Shown piece by piece: positions 36,045-44,967 of a stretch of 47,599 nt of DNA; position 1 is the stretch's first letter; each line of letters begins with the position of its first letter. A program made the position numbers and the translations under genes. Under the pieces are notes generated by a model. That model did not search any database. It was not told where the DNA came from and saw only the letters and a program-made list of their open reading frames with translations. Source of the stretch: Actinomycetota bacterium (GTDB lineage Bacteria; Actinomycetota; Acidimicrobiia; Acidimicrobiales; JACCXE01); NCBI GenBank assembly GCA_041166285.1, contig JBEEFR010000179.1, positions 1-47,599 on the forward strand, read 5' to 3'.

Positions 36045-37145
36045 GTGCGTCAGAATGCGCCCGTGCCCGACCAGCCGAACAGCACACCGCCGCAGAAGGC
36101 GACGCGCGACCTCGCCGATCTGGGGGCGCGATTGGAACGCTGGCTGAAGAGCAAGGGCGCGGACTCGACGATCGTGTCGCTCGAAACGCCCGGCGCGACC
36201 GGCATGTCCAGCGAGACGGTGCTCGTAGAGACGAAGTCGGACCGACTGGTTGCCCGGCTGGCACCCGACCTCGAGAACCTGCCGGTCTTCCCCACCTACG
36301 ACCTCGAGCGTCAGTTCCACGCCATGCGCGTCGTGGGCGAGTTGGGCGCGGCGCCGGTGCCTCCGGTGCGCTGGTGCGAGCCCGACCCATCGCATCTCGG
36401 GACGCCGTTCATCGTGATGGGACGCGTCGACGGCGTCGTGCCGCCCGACGTCTTGCCGTACGACTTCGGCGACAACTGGTTGTTCGACGCGTCGCGCGAC
36501 GACCAACAACGACTCGAGGACTCGTCGGTTGCGGTGTTGGCTTCGCTGCACGCCATCGACGATCCGCAGCGTCATTTCGACTTCATGCCGTGGCCGTCGG
36601 GCTCGGCGTTGCGCGCCCACGTCGACGCGTCGTGGGACTACTACCAGTGGGTCGTCGGCGACGGCGCGCGCTCGACGCTCATCGAGTCGTGCTTCGAGTG
36701 GCTCGAGAAACACTGGCCGTCCGAGGAAGGCCCGACCGTGCTGTCGTGGGGCGACGCCCGCATCGGCAACATGCTGTACCGCGACTTCGAACCGGTCGCC
36801 GTGCTCGACTGGGAAATGGTCGGCTTCGGCCCGCGGGAGATCGACCTCGCGTGGTTTCTGTTCCTGCACCGCTTCTTCGAGGATCTCGCCAGCGGCTACG
36901 GCTTTCCCGGTATGCCGCACTTCCTCGAACCCGCGCGCGTGTGCGTGACCTACGAACGACTGAGCGGGTCCACGCCGCGCGACATGGACTTCTTCACCAT
37001 GTACGCCGCGCTCCGCCACGGCATCGTGATGAGCCGCGTGCAACGGCGCGCCATCCACTTCGGCGAAGCCGAGCAACCCGACGACATCGACGACTTGATC
37101 ATGCACCGTTCAACTTTGGAGGCACTTCGTGACGGATCTACATAG
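36045..37145 (+). CDS. Phosphotransferase (APH/choline-kinase-like kinase fold)
   Basis: GTG start at 36045. Brenner/catalytic region VLSWGDARIGNMLY and DFEPVAVLDWEMVGFGPREIDLAW is typical of APH-family kinases found next to acyl-CoA metabolism genes. Confidence 0.8.
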   Translation: MRQNAPVPDQPNSTPPQKATRDLADLGARLERWLKSKGADSTIVSLETPGATGMSSETVLVETKSDRLVARLAPDLENLPVFPTYDLERQFHAMRVVGELGAAPVPPVRWCEPDPSHLGTPFIVMGRVDGVVPPDVLPYDFGDNWLFDASRDDQQRLEDSSVAVLASLHAIDDPQRHFDFMPWPSGSALRAHVDASWDYYQWVVGDGARSTLIESCFEWLEKHWPSEEGPTVLSWGDARIGNMLYRDFEPVAVLDWEMVGFGPREIDLAWFLFLHRFFEDLASGYGFPGMPHFLEPARVCVTYERLSGSTPRDMDFFTMYAALRHGIVMSRVQRRAIHFGEAEQPDDIDDLIMHRSTLEALRDGST

Positions 37146-38694
37146 GGGCGTGTATCTCGCCGATCTTCTGATCGCCGCGCTCGACGCCAACCTCGACAAG
37201 CCCGCTGTGCACATCGGCGACGAGGTGTTGACGGGCGCGCAGATGCGCGACGAGATCAGCAAATACGCGCAGGCGCTTGGCGAACTCGGCGTCACGAAGG
37301 GCAGCACGGTTTCGGTCCTGTCGGCCAACCGGCCGGAAGTCATCTTCAACATGGGCGCGACGATGATCACCGGTTGCCGCACGACACCTCTGCATCCGCT
37401 CGGCTCGCTCGACGACCACGCGTACGTGATGAACGACGCCGGCATCGAGACGCTGGTCTACGACCCCGGCGTGTTCGGGACGCGCGCCGCCGAGTTGAAG
37501 GACAAGGTCCCGGGGCTCAAGAACCTCTTGGCGTTCGGAGAGGACGAGATCGGCACGAACTACCTCGCGCTCGCCGCCAAGCACACCGCGCAGCGGTTGG
37601 TTGCGTCTGAGGTCGAGCCGACCGACGTGTCGGGCCTCATCTACACCGGCGGCACGACCGGCAAGCCCAAGGGCGTGATGAGTTCGTACCGCAGCGCGGC
37701 GACGATGACGCAGATCCAGATGGCCGAGTGGGAGTGGCCCGAGGAATTGCGCTTCTTGATCATGACGCCGCTGAGCCACGCCGGCGCGGCGTTCATCATC
37801 CCGACGCTGCTGCGCGGTGGGTCGATCGTGGTGAGCGCGGGGTTTGATCCGGCGAAGCTGTTCGAGCTGATCGAGAAGTACAAGATCACCGCGACGATGC
37901 TCGTCCCGACGATGCTCTACATGCTGATGGACCATCCGGGGTTCGCCGACGCGGATCTGTCGTCGCTGCAGACCGTGTACTACGGCGCCGCCGCGGCGTC
38001 ACCGACGCGACTGAAGGAAGCGATCGAGAAGCTCGGTCCGATCTTCTTCCAGTTCTTCGGCCAGTCCGAATGCCCGATGACAATCAGCGTTTTGCGCAAG
38101 GGCGAGCACGACGTGAACGATCTGGCGCGACTGGCGACGTGCGGGCGTCCGGTCCCGTGGGTCCACGTCGCGCTGCTCGACGACGAGGGCAACGAAGTGC
38201 CGCAGGGCGAGCGCGGTGAGATCTGTGTGCAAGGGCCACTCGTCATGCAGGGCTACTGGAACAAGCCCGAGGAGACCGACGCCGCGTTCGCCGGCGGGTG
38301 GCTGCACACCGGTGACGTGGCGCGCGCCGACAAGGACGGCTTCCTCACGATCGTCGATCGCAAGAAGGACATGATCGTGTCGGGCGGGTTCAACCTGTAT
38401 CCCCGCGAGATCGAAGACGTCATCTCGACGCATCCGGCCGTCGGCGCCGTCGCGGTCATCGGCGTACCCGACGACCGCTGGGGCGAAGCGGTCAAGGCGG
38501 TCGTCGTGCTGCGGCCCGACGCGTCGGTCGACGCCGAAGCACTGATGGCGCTCGTGAAGGACAAAAAGGGTTCAGCGCACGCGCCCAAGTCGGTCGACTT
38601 CGTCGACGCCATTCCGGTGAGCGGCCTCGGCAAGCCCGACAAGAAGGCGCTGCGCGCGCAGTACTGGGGAGACACGGCGCGTCAGGTCAACTGA
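37129..38694 (+). CDS. Acyl-CoA synthetase (AMP-forming, ANL superfamily)
   Basis: GTG start at 37129 (17-nt overlap with the kinase gene). AMP-binding motif YTGGTTGKPKGV, plus GWLHTGD and DRKKDMIVSGGFNLYPREIE. Confidence 0.9.
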   Translation: MTDLHRGVYLADLLIAALDANLDKPAVHIGDEVLTGAQMRDEISKYAQALGELGVTKGSTVSVLSANRPEVIFNMGATMITGCRTTPLHPLGSLDDHAYVMNDAGIETLVYDPGVFGTRAAELKDKVPGLKNLLAFGEDEIGTNYLALAAKHTAQRLVASEVEPTDVSGLIYTGGTTGKPKGVMSSYRSAATMTQIQMAEWEWPEELRFLIMTPLSHAGAAFIIPTLLRGGSIVVSAGFDPAKLFELIEKYKITATMLVPTMLYMLMDHPGFADADLSSLQTVYYGAAAASPTRLKEAIEKLGPIFFQFFGQSECPMTISVLRKGEHDVNDLARLATCGRPVPWVHVALLDDEGNEVPQGERGEICVQGPLVMQGYWNKPEETDAAFAGGWLHTGDVARADKDGFLTIVDRKKDMIVSGGFNLYPREIEDVISTHPAVGAVAVIGVPDDRWGEAVKAVVVLRPDASVDAEALMALVKDKKGSAHAPKSVDFVDAIPVSGLGKPDKKALRAQYWGDTARQVN

Positions 38695-39761
38695 TGGCGT
38701 CGCCCCTCGACGAGTATCCGGTCCACCAAGTCCCGCTCTCGCTCGCCTACGTCGGCACGAGCGACCGCAACTTCTACGACCGCTGCATCTACCAAGCGCA
38801 CGACCGCACCGGTGAGGTCCTGCTCATCACGGGAATGGGCGTGTATCCCAACCTCGGCGTGATCGACGCGTTCGCCGTCGTGCGGCGCGGCGATCGACAG
38901 GTCGCGGTGCGGACATCGGACGCGTTGCCGGACAATCGCATGGTGCAGTCCGTGGGGCCGCTGTCGATCGAAGTGATCGACCCGCTGCGCGAGTTGCGGT
39001 TGCGCTGCGATCACGACGACCTGTCGTTCGACCTCATGTTCCGCGCGTCGTTCGACGCCATGGACGAACCGCACCACGTCCACCGAATGGGTCCGAAGAT
39101 CCTGTTGGACGCGTCGCGCTTTTGCCAGGTCGGTCAGTTCGACGGGACGGTGAACGGCGCCGCGGTGTCTGGTTGGACCGGCACACGCGATCGCAGCTGG
39201 GGTATCCGTCCGGTGGGCGAAGCCGAACCGCCGGGGCGCACGGCGGCGGAGGATCCGATCGCGGGGTTCTGGTGGGTGTGGACGCCGCTGCGCTTCGACG
39301 ACTTGGCGGTGATGGTCATCGCACAGGAACAGGCCGACGGCCACCGCGTGTTGAACGAAGCCGTGCGCGTCTGGAAGGACGGCCGCGTCGAGCAACTCGG
39401 CTGGCCCGAGTTCGACATCCGCTACAAGCCCGGCACGCGTCACCCGACCGGCGCGACGATCGAGTTGCGGAACGGGAAGTTGGAGATCGAGACGTTCACG
39501 TCGGTCCCGCTCAACGTGGGCTGCGGTTACGGCGGCGACCCCGACTGGAACCACGGCGCGTGGAAGGGCCGCGACTGGGTCGAGTCCGCGACCTACGACC
39601 TCACCGACCCGATGATCGCGGGACGCATCCCGTTCGGTGTCGTCGACTACGTCGCCCGCGCCACTCTCGACGGCCACGAAGGCTGGGGCATCTTCGAGCA
39701 CGGCACCTTCGGCAAGCACGCGCCGTCGGGCTTCGCCGACTGGGACTCCGTCTCGCCGTAA
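38694..39761 (+). CDS. Conserved hypothetical protein (355 aa), coupled to the acyl-CoA synthetase
   Basis: The ATG overlaps the synthetase stop (TGATG). Coding-like composition (MASPLDEYPVHQVPLSLAYVGTSDRNFYDRC...). No family recognised by eye. Confidence 0.65.
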   Translation: MASPLDEYPVHQVPLSLAYVGTSDRNFYDRCIYQAHDRTGEVLLITGMGVYPNLGVIDAFAVVRRGDRQVAVRTSDALPDNRMVQSVGPLSIEVIDPLRELRLRCDHDDLSFDLMFRASFDAMDEPHHVHRMGPKILLDASRFCQVGQFDGTVNGAAVSGWTGTRDRSWGIRPVGEAEPPGRTAAEDPIAGFWWVWTPLRFDDLAVMVIAQEQADGHRVLNEAVRVWKDGRVEQLGWPEFDIRYKPGTRHPTGATIELRNGKLEIETFTSVPLNVGCGYGGDPDWNHGAWKGRDWVESATYDLTDPMIAGRIPFGVVDYVARATLDGHEGWGIFEHGTFGKHAPSGFADWDSVSP

Positions 39762-39776
39762 CCCGCAAACCTGCTC

Positions 39777-40181
39777 GTGGCGATGTTGGCCGAGCAACCG
39801 CAAGGTGCCTACGAACTGATGGCCGAACTGGATCGACGGTTCGGGCCGGCGTACACGGCTTCGCCGGGCGGCACCTACCCCGCCATCGAAGCGTTGCTCG
39901 AACAACGGCTCATCGCTGGCGACGACGGCCGACCGAAGCGCTACACCCTCACCAAACTCGGTCGACAGGCGTTGGAAAAGCGACTCGACGACGTCGCAGC
40001 CATCGAGGTGCGCACAGGCGTGAACCTCCAAGCGGGCACGACGACCGACGCCGCGCTGGCGCGCTTCGTCGCCCGCAGCAAGAACGCCGCACTCCGCGTT
40101 GCACCCGACGCGCTCAACCGAGTGCTCGACGACACCGTGAAGAAGATCGAAAAACTCGCACGTAAGGGAGATGGGGCATGA
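39777..40181 (+). CDS. PadR-family transcriptional regulator
   Basis: Winged-helix pattern GAYELMAELDRRFG...SPGGTYPAIEALLEQRLIAGDDGRPKRYTLTKLGRQAL. GTG start. Confidence 0.75.
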   Translation: MAMLAEQPQGAYELMAELDRRFGPAYTASPGGTYPAIEALLEQRLIAGDDGRPKRYTLTKLGRQALEKRLDDVAAIEVRTGVNLQAGTTTDAALARFVARSKNAALRVAPDALNRVLDDTVKKIEKLARKGDGA

Positions 40182-40588
40182 CCGACGAAGATCCGTTTGA
40201 CCGCGCCGCAGCACGCGAGCAAGAAATCAAGCACCGCTTGCGGCTGCGCGCCAAGCGCCGCGACAACGTCTTGCACGACGGCTCCCTGCTGTTCCTAGGG
40301 ATGTGGGCGGCCCTCCTTGCGGGGCACTACTTCGTCTTCGGCGGTGGTGCCGCGTTCTTCGTGCACGCCAGCGTGTTCGGCCTCTGCGTCGTGATGATGC
40401 TGGCGCCGATGCTGACCTTCCAGGCGCTGTGGGCGCCGTTCCTGATCGCCCACTACCACTACGCCGGGTTCACCACCCCGTTCAAGCTTCACCTCGTCGC
40501 ATTCGTCCTGTGCGCCCTGCCGTTCGTGTTCATCTCGCTGCCGACGCGTGACGATCACGACCCGCTCGAACGAGGGCTGTCGGTGTAG
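40178..40588 (+). CDS. Small polytopic membrane protein (about 4 TM), coupled to PadR
   Basis: ATGA overlap with the PadR stop. Hydrophobic segments: LLFLGMWAALLAGHYFVF, FFVHASVFGLCVVMMLAPML, LWAPFLIAHYHYAGF, LHLVAFVLCALPFVFISL. Confidence 0.65.
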   Translation: MTDEDPFDRAAAREQEIKHRLRLRAKRRDNVLHDGSLLFLGMWAALLAGHYFVFGGGAAFFVHASVFGLCVVMMLAPMLTFQALWAPFLIAHYHYAGFTTPFKLHLVAFVLCALPFVFISLPTRDDHDPLERGLSV

Positions 40589-40609
40589 CGGACCTGCAAT
40601 CATGCCGCA

Positions 40610-41866
40610 GTGTCCGAGCGCGTCACGTTCCTGCTAACCGAAGTGGTCGACAGCGTTCGACGGTGGGAGGACGACGAGGACGCAATGGCAGCGGCCACGG
40701 AGCGGCTCGACGGAATCGTGCGCGGCGTCGTCGGGAAGTACGGCGGCGTGCAAGTGAAACCGCGCGGTGAGGGCGACAGCCACTTCCTCACCTTCGCGAG
40801 CCCTGCCGATGCAATTGCGTGCGCGGTGGCGTTGCAACGGGCGGTCGCCGATGAAGTGGCGCTTGCACTGCGCGTCGCGTGCCACGTGGGCAGCGCCGAG
40901 ATGCGCAACGGCGACTGGTATGGCACCACCGTGAACCGCTGCGCCCGACTGCGCGCCGCCGCGCACGGCCGGCAGTCGTTGGTCTCCGCGGAAGCCGCGG
41001 GTGCCGCCCGTGACATGCTGCCCGACGGCGTTTCGCTGCGCTCGCTCGGACGCCACCGGTTCAAAGACCTCGACGAGCCGGTCGAGGTCTTTCAAGTGTG
41101 CGCGGCCGGCCTGGTCGTCGATCATCCGCCGTTGTCATCGTTGGCGCATTCGCACGGTCTGGTTATGCCGCGGTCGTCATTCGTCGGGCGCTCCGCCGAA
41201 TGCGAGCGCGTGGCGACGTTGCTCGCCGAAGGCGCCGTCGTGACGGTCACCGGCGCGCCGGGAGTCGGGAAGACCCGACTCGCACTGGAGGCGGCGGCCC
41301 GGTGGTGGGAACACGGCGCGGCGCCCATACGAATCGCGCAGCCACGCGTGTCCCCGGGCGAACTCGTCGTCGACGACGATGCCCACGACGCGACGGTGAC
41401 GGGTCCGGCGGTGCTCACCGCACGCGCACCGCTCGGTGCTGCCGACGAGGTCGTCGTCCGGCTGTCGCCGCTCGATGAGCTCGACGCGGAGCGCCTCCTG
41501 CGCGACCGGCTGGCCGACGATGCAGTCGTGCCGGCCGAAGCCGTCACTTTGTGCGACGGGTTGCCGTTGGCGATCGAGTTGCTCGCGCGGCGCGCTTCGG
41601 CCGTCGGCGCCGACGTGCTGGCGCAACGTTTGGCCGCCGATCCCCTCGCAGTGCTCGGCGGCGATCGACGCGCCCAGCCCCCGCGACACTCGAGCGTTCG
41701 CGCGTGTCTTGACGCGGCATTCGAAGAACTCGACGGCGACGAGCAGGCGGGGTTGCTCGCTTCGTCCGCGGCAGACCCGCACTGGGTAGCGCGCGGTTGG
41801 CATGAGCCCGACGGACCCCTGCCGCTCGTCAAGCGCTTCCTGGACGGCAAAAGGACCGCCCGATGA
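40610..41866 (+). CDS. Class III nucleotidyl cyclase-like domain + minimal NB-ARC/STAND NTPase (no repeat sensor); metal-site variant
   Basis: GTG start. The cyclase-like N-terminus has LTEVVDSV in place of FTDVEGST, but keeps GEGDSHF and TTVNRCARLR. P-loop GAPGVGKTRLAL, Walker B-like LVVDDD, and GLPLAIE. It ends after the winged-helix-like region. Confidence 0.75.
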   Translation: MSERVTFLLTEVVDSVRRWEDDEDAMAAATERLDGIVRGVVGKYGGVQVKPRGEGDSHFLTFASPADAIACAVALQRAVADEVALALRVACHVGSAEMRNGDWYGTTVNRCARLRAAAHGRQSLVSAEAAGAARDMLPDGVSLRSLGRHRFKDLDEPVEVFQVCAAGLVVDHPPLSSLAHSHGLVMPRSSFVGRSAECERVATLLAEGAVVTVTGAPGVGKTRLALEAAARWWEHGAAPIRIAQPRVSPGELVVDDDAHDATVTGPAVLTARAPLGAADEVVVRLSPLDELDAERLLRDRLADDAVVPAEAVTLCDGLPLAIELLARRASAVGADVLAQRLAADPLAVLGGDRRAQPPRHSSVRACLDAAFEELDGDEQAGLLASSAADPHWVARGWHEPDGPLPLVKRFLDGKRTAR

Positions 41867-44800
41867 CCGAGGCGGTGCTTCCGACCGGGGAAGTCACGCT
41901 GTTGTTCACCGACGTCGAAGGCTCGACACGACTGTGGGAATTGCACGGCGATCGGATGCTCGCGGTGCTGACGGAACACGATCGGATCGTCGCCAACGCC
42001 GTTGCCAGCACCGGCGGCGTTCTCCAACACGAGCGCGCTGAAGGCGACAGCAGCTTCGCCGTGTTCGGCGACGCGCGCGCCGCCGTCGAGGCAGCCGTTG
42101 CCGTGCAGCGCGGCATGGCCGAGTACCCGTGGCCCGCTGATCTGCAGATCCGCACGCGCGCGGCGCTCCATACCGGAACCGTCGAGGTACGCGGAGACAC
42201 GTACTACGGCGCAGTCGTCAACCGGTGCGTGCGACTGCGATCCCTGGCGCACGGCGCGCAAACGATCCTGTCAAAGGCGACTCATGACGCCGTCATCGCG
42301 TCCGGGACATGGCCGGCGGGGACAAGCGTGGTCGACCACGGAACCCATCGCCTCAAGGATCTCGCCGTCCCGGAGCGCGTCTACGAGTTACGCCACCCCG
42401 ATCTCGCGGACGAATTCCCGCCGCTCCGGTCCCCGGACGTCGAACGACACAACCTGCCCGAAGTGCTCGGTCAGTTCGTCGGGCGCGTCGACGAGCAGAA
42501 GGCCGTCATCAAGGCGCTCGCCGTCGATCGGTTGGTGACCTTGGTCGGTACCGGCGGCGTCGGCAAAACGCGCCTCGCGCTCGAGGTCGCGTGGGCGCGC
42601 GTGCACGGCTCGGACCACGACGGCACTTGGTTCGTCAACCTGACGGGCGCCCGCAGCGACGAGGACGTGGAGGGCGTGTTCGCCGCGGCACTCGGTGTGC
42701 GCGAGCAGCCGGGGCGCCCGCTGATCGAGACGATCGCCGACCACCTGGGTGAAAAGGCAGCACTGGTCGTCGTGGACAACTGCGAGCACGTCGTCACCGC
42801 CGTGTCGCGCGTCGTTCCGTTTCTGCTGGCGAGCTGTGCCAACGTGCGCCTACTCACCACGTCGCGAGAAGCGCTGGGTCTAGATGGGGAACGACGCCGC
42901 AACGTCGCGGGACTCGCGCTGACCGACGCTGTCGCGTTGTTCGTCGACCGCGCCGGGCTCGACGCCCGCGAACTCGACGCGGCGACCATCGACGGCGTCG
43001 AGCGACTGTGCAATCGACTGGACGGGATCCCCCTCGCCATCGAAATCGCGGCGGCGCGGGCAAAGGTGTTGGGTGCCGATGCAGTTGAGCGCGGCGTCGC
43101 GCAGGCGCAGGTTGAGCAGGCCGGACGATCGGTCCTCGAGGCGACACTGGCGTGGTCATACGACCTGCTCGAGCCCGCCGAGAAGACGTTGTTCCGGCGC
43201 CTCGGCGTGTTCGCCGGTCAGTTCACGCTCACCGGCGCCGAAACGGTGGTCGCCGACGACGCGCTCGATGCCTTCGACGTCCTCGATTTGCTCGACGCGT
43301 TGGTACAGCGGTCGCTGGTTTTGCGCACCGATGACGGCGGGTACCGGCAGCTGTTCGTCGTGCGCCAGTGCGCGGAGCGATTCGCGCGGGACGCTGACGA
43401 GTTCGACGCGCTCGCGGCGCGGCACTTGCAGTGGTGCCTCGCGTTCGCGCTGTCGCTGATGGTTCCCGAACTCGACGAGCGAGCTCGTTTCGACCCGCTT
43501 CGCCAAATAAGCGACGAACTCATAGCAGCGTTGGACCGCGATTTCGATGGAGACCTCGCGGGATCACAGGTGCAGTTGGGTGGAGCGCTCGACCAGTTTT
43601 GGTATCTCCGCGGTGCGTTCACAGACGACCGGGCTCGATTGGAGCGCTTGCTCGAGCGCGGTGCCGGTTTTCGCAGTCACCGCGCCGAATTGCATCGGAT
43701 CGCTGGTCAACTCGCGCACTGCCAGGGCGACCTGTCTGCGGCGGCGGAACACTTTGTACGTGCGCGCGAACTGTTCGACGAGATCATCGCCGAGTTGCGT
43801 GCGGCGGGCTCCCCGCATCTCCCACACTTCGAACTCCTTCTCGCCGAGAACTTCATGTTGTTGTCGGACGTCGCGCTTCTGCGCGGTGACGCCCACAGCG
43901 CGGCGCAACTCGCGAGCGACGCGCTCGCACTGTCCGATGTGAGCACGCCTCGCGCGTTGCTCCGTCTCGGACTCGCTCATCAGGCGCTCGGCGCGACCAC
44001 CGAGGCAGACCAACACATCACGGCGGCGCTTCAAACAGCGGAGGCCCGAGGCGAAGACGCTGTCGTCGCCGACTGCGTGCGCAACCTCGGTGTGATCGCG
44101 CGCCAGCGAGGAGATCTGGCGACCGCAGAAGCCCAATACCGTTCGGCAATTGCCATCGACCGCCGCACCGGCGGCGAGCAGATGCTCGCCCACACCTTGT
44201 TAAGCCTGGCGGAGGTCCTGACCATCTCGGGCGCGGCGGCGACCGAGGTGCTCGACGAAGGCCTCACGCTCGCGCGAGCGCTCGGCGATCGTCAGGCCGA
44301 AGCGCACGGTCTTTCCACGCTCGCGGAACTCACGGCGCCCGGCGATCCCGCCGCTGGCGCGGCGCTCCACCGAGAAGCTCTCGCGCTGCGCTCGGCGGTC
44401 GGCGCGCCAGCCGAAGTGGCGTTGAGCCTGATTCGGGTGGCGGCGTTCGCCGAGTTCGAGGATCGCCTCGCAGAGGCGGCAGCGTTAACCGGCGACGCCG
44501 CGGAGACTTTTCGCCGACTCGGCGACGATCGCGGCGCCACCGAAGCACTGGCGCAGCTCGCGCGCATCGAGGCGCGGCGAGGCAACACGGAAGCTGCGCG
44601 CGCAGCGCTTCTGGAAACGCTCGACCGCTCGGCGAGAACTCCAGCGGTTCTGGAGCGCGCCGACGTTCTCGACGCCGGCGCGTGGCTCGCCGCCGTCCGG
44701 GGATTGCGATCGGAGGCGAGTGCACTGGCGATCCGCGCCGACGAGCATCGTCGGCGAATCGGAGTCCGACCGCCGGAGCCGGCGAATCGCCTCCGCGACG

Positions 44801-44883
44801 AGCTGTCAGCGTTGTTGGCGGACGCCGCGCCCGCGACCGGCGACGAAGACGAGTTGCTCGCGGCCGCTGTGGCGCCGGTGTGA
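41863..44883 (+). CDS. Class III adenylate/guanylate cyclase domain + NB-ARC (STAND) NTPase + C-terminal TPR-like superhelical region
   Basis: ATGA overlap with the preceding paralogue. LLFTDVEGSTRLWE, AEGDSSFAVF and AVVNRCVRLRS form a canonical cyclase catalytic set. P-loop GTGGVGKTRLAL, LVVVDNCEHV, LLTTSRE and DGIPLAIEIAA. About 450 aa of Ala/Leu-rich helical repeats follow. Confidence 0.85.
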   Translation: MTEAVLPTGEVTLLFTDVEGSTRLWELHGDRMLAVLTEHDRIVANAVASTGGVLQHERAEGDSSFAVFGDARAAVEAAVAVQRGMAEYPWPADLQIRTRAALHTGTVEVRGDTYYGAVVNRCVRLRSLAHGAQTILSKATHDAVIASGTWPAGTSVVDHGTHRLKDLAVPERVYELRHPDLADEFPPLRSPDVERHNLPEVLGQFVGRVDEQKAVIKALAVDRLVTLVGTGGVGKTRLALEVAWARVHGSDHDGTWFVNLTGARSDEDVEGVFAAALGVREQPGRPLIETIADHLGEKAALVVVDNCEHVVTAVSRVVPFLLASCANVRLLTTSREALGLDGERRRNVAGLALTDAVALFVDRAGLDARELDAATIDGVERLCNRLDGIPLAIEIAAARAKVLGADAVERGVAQAQVEQAGRSVLEATLAWSYDLLEPAEKTLFRRLGVFAGQFTLTGAETVVADDALDAFDVLDLLDALVQRSLVLRTDDGGYRQLFVVRQCAERFARDADEFDALAARHLQWCLAFALSLMVPELDERARFDPLRQISDELIAALDRDFDGDLAGSQVQLGGALDQFWYLRGAFTDDRARLERLLERGAGFRSHRAELHRIAGQLAHCQGDLSAAAEHFVRARELFDEIIAELRAAGSPHLPHFELLLAENFMLLSDVALLRGDAHSAAQLASDALALSDVSTPRALLRLGLAHQALGATTEADQHITAALQTAEARGEDAVVADCVRNLGVIARQRGDLATAEAQYRSAIAIDRRTGGEQMLAHTLLSLAEVLTISGAAATEVLDEGLTLARALGDRQAEAHGLSTLAELTAPGDPAAGAALHREALALRSAVGAPAEVALSLIRVAAFAEFEDRLAEAAALTGDAAETFRRLGDDRGATEALAQLARIEARRGNTEAARAALLETLDRSARTPAVLERADVLDAGAWLAAVRGLRSEASALAIRADEHRRRIGVRPPEPANRLRDELSALLADAAPATGDEDELLAAAVAPV

Positions 44884-44967
44884 CGCATGACACGTTGCGT
44901 TTCGGCACGTAACCAGGGTTTACTTAGCGCTGCGAACACCACTGGGGTGTGCTTAGGGGGCACAGGC

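Noticed and set aside
38682-40214. 510-aa minus-strand ORF.
   Set aside because: It spans the antisense strand of three well-supported or coupled plus-strand genes (the unknown 355-aa gene, PadR, and the start of the TM protein). Artefact composition.
44887-44967. ATG at 44887 as the start of the small secreted protein.
   Set aside because: It would add 27 residues ahead of the signal peptide. These include two TTA codons, and the region is AT-richer. GTG 44968, with an upstream G-rich SD-like element, fits better.
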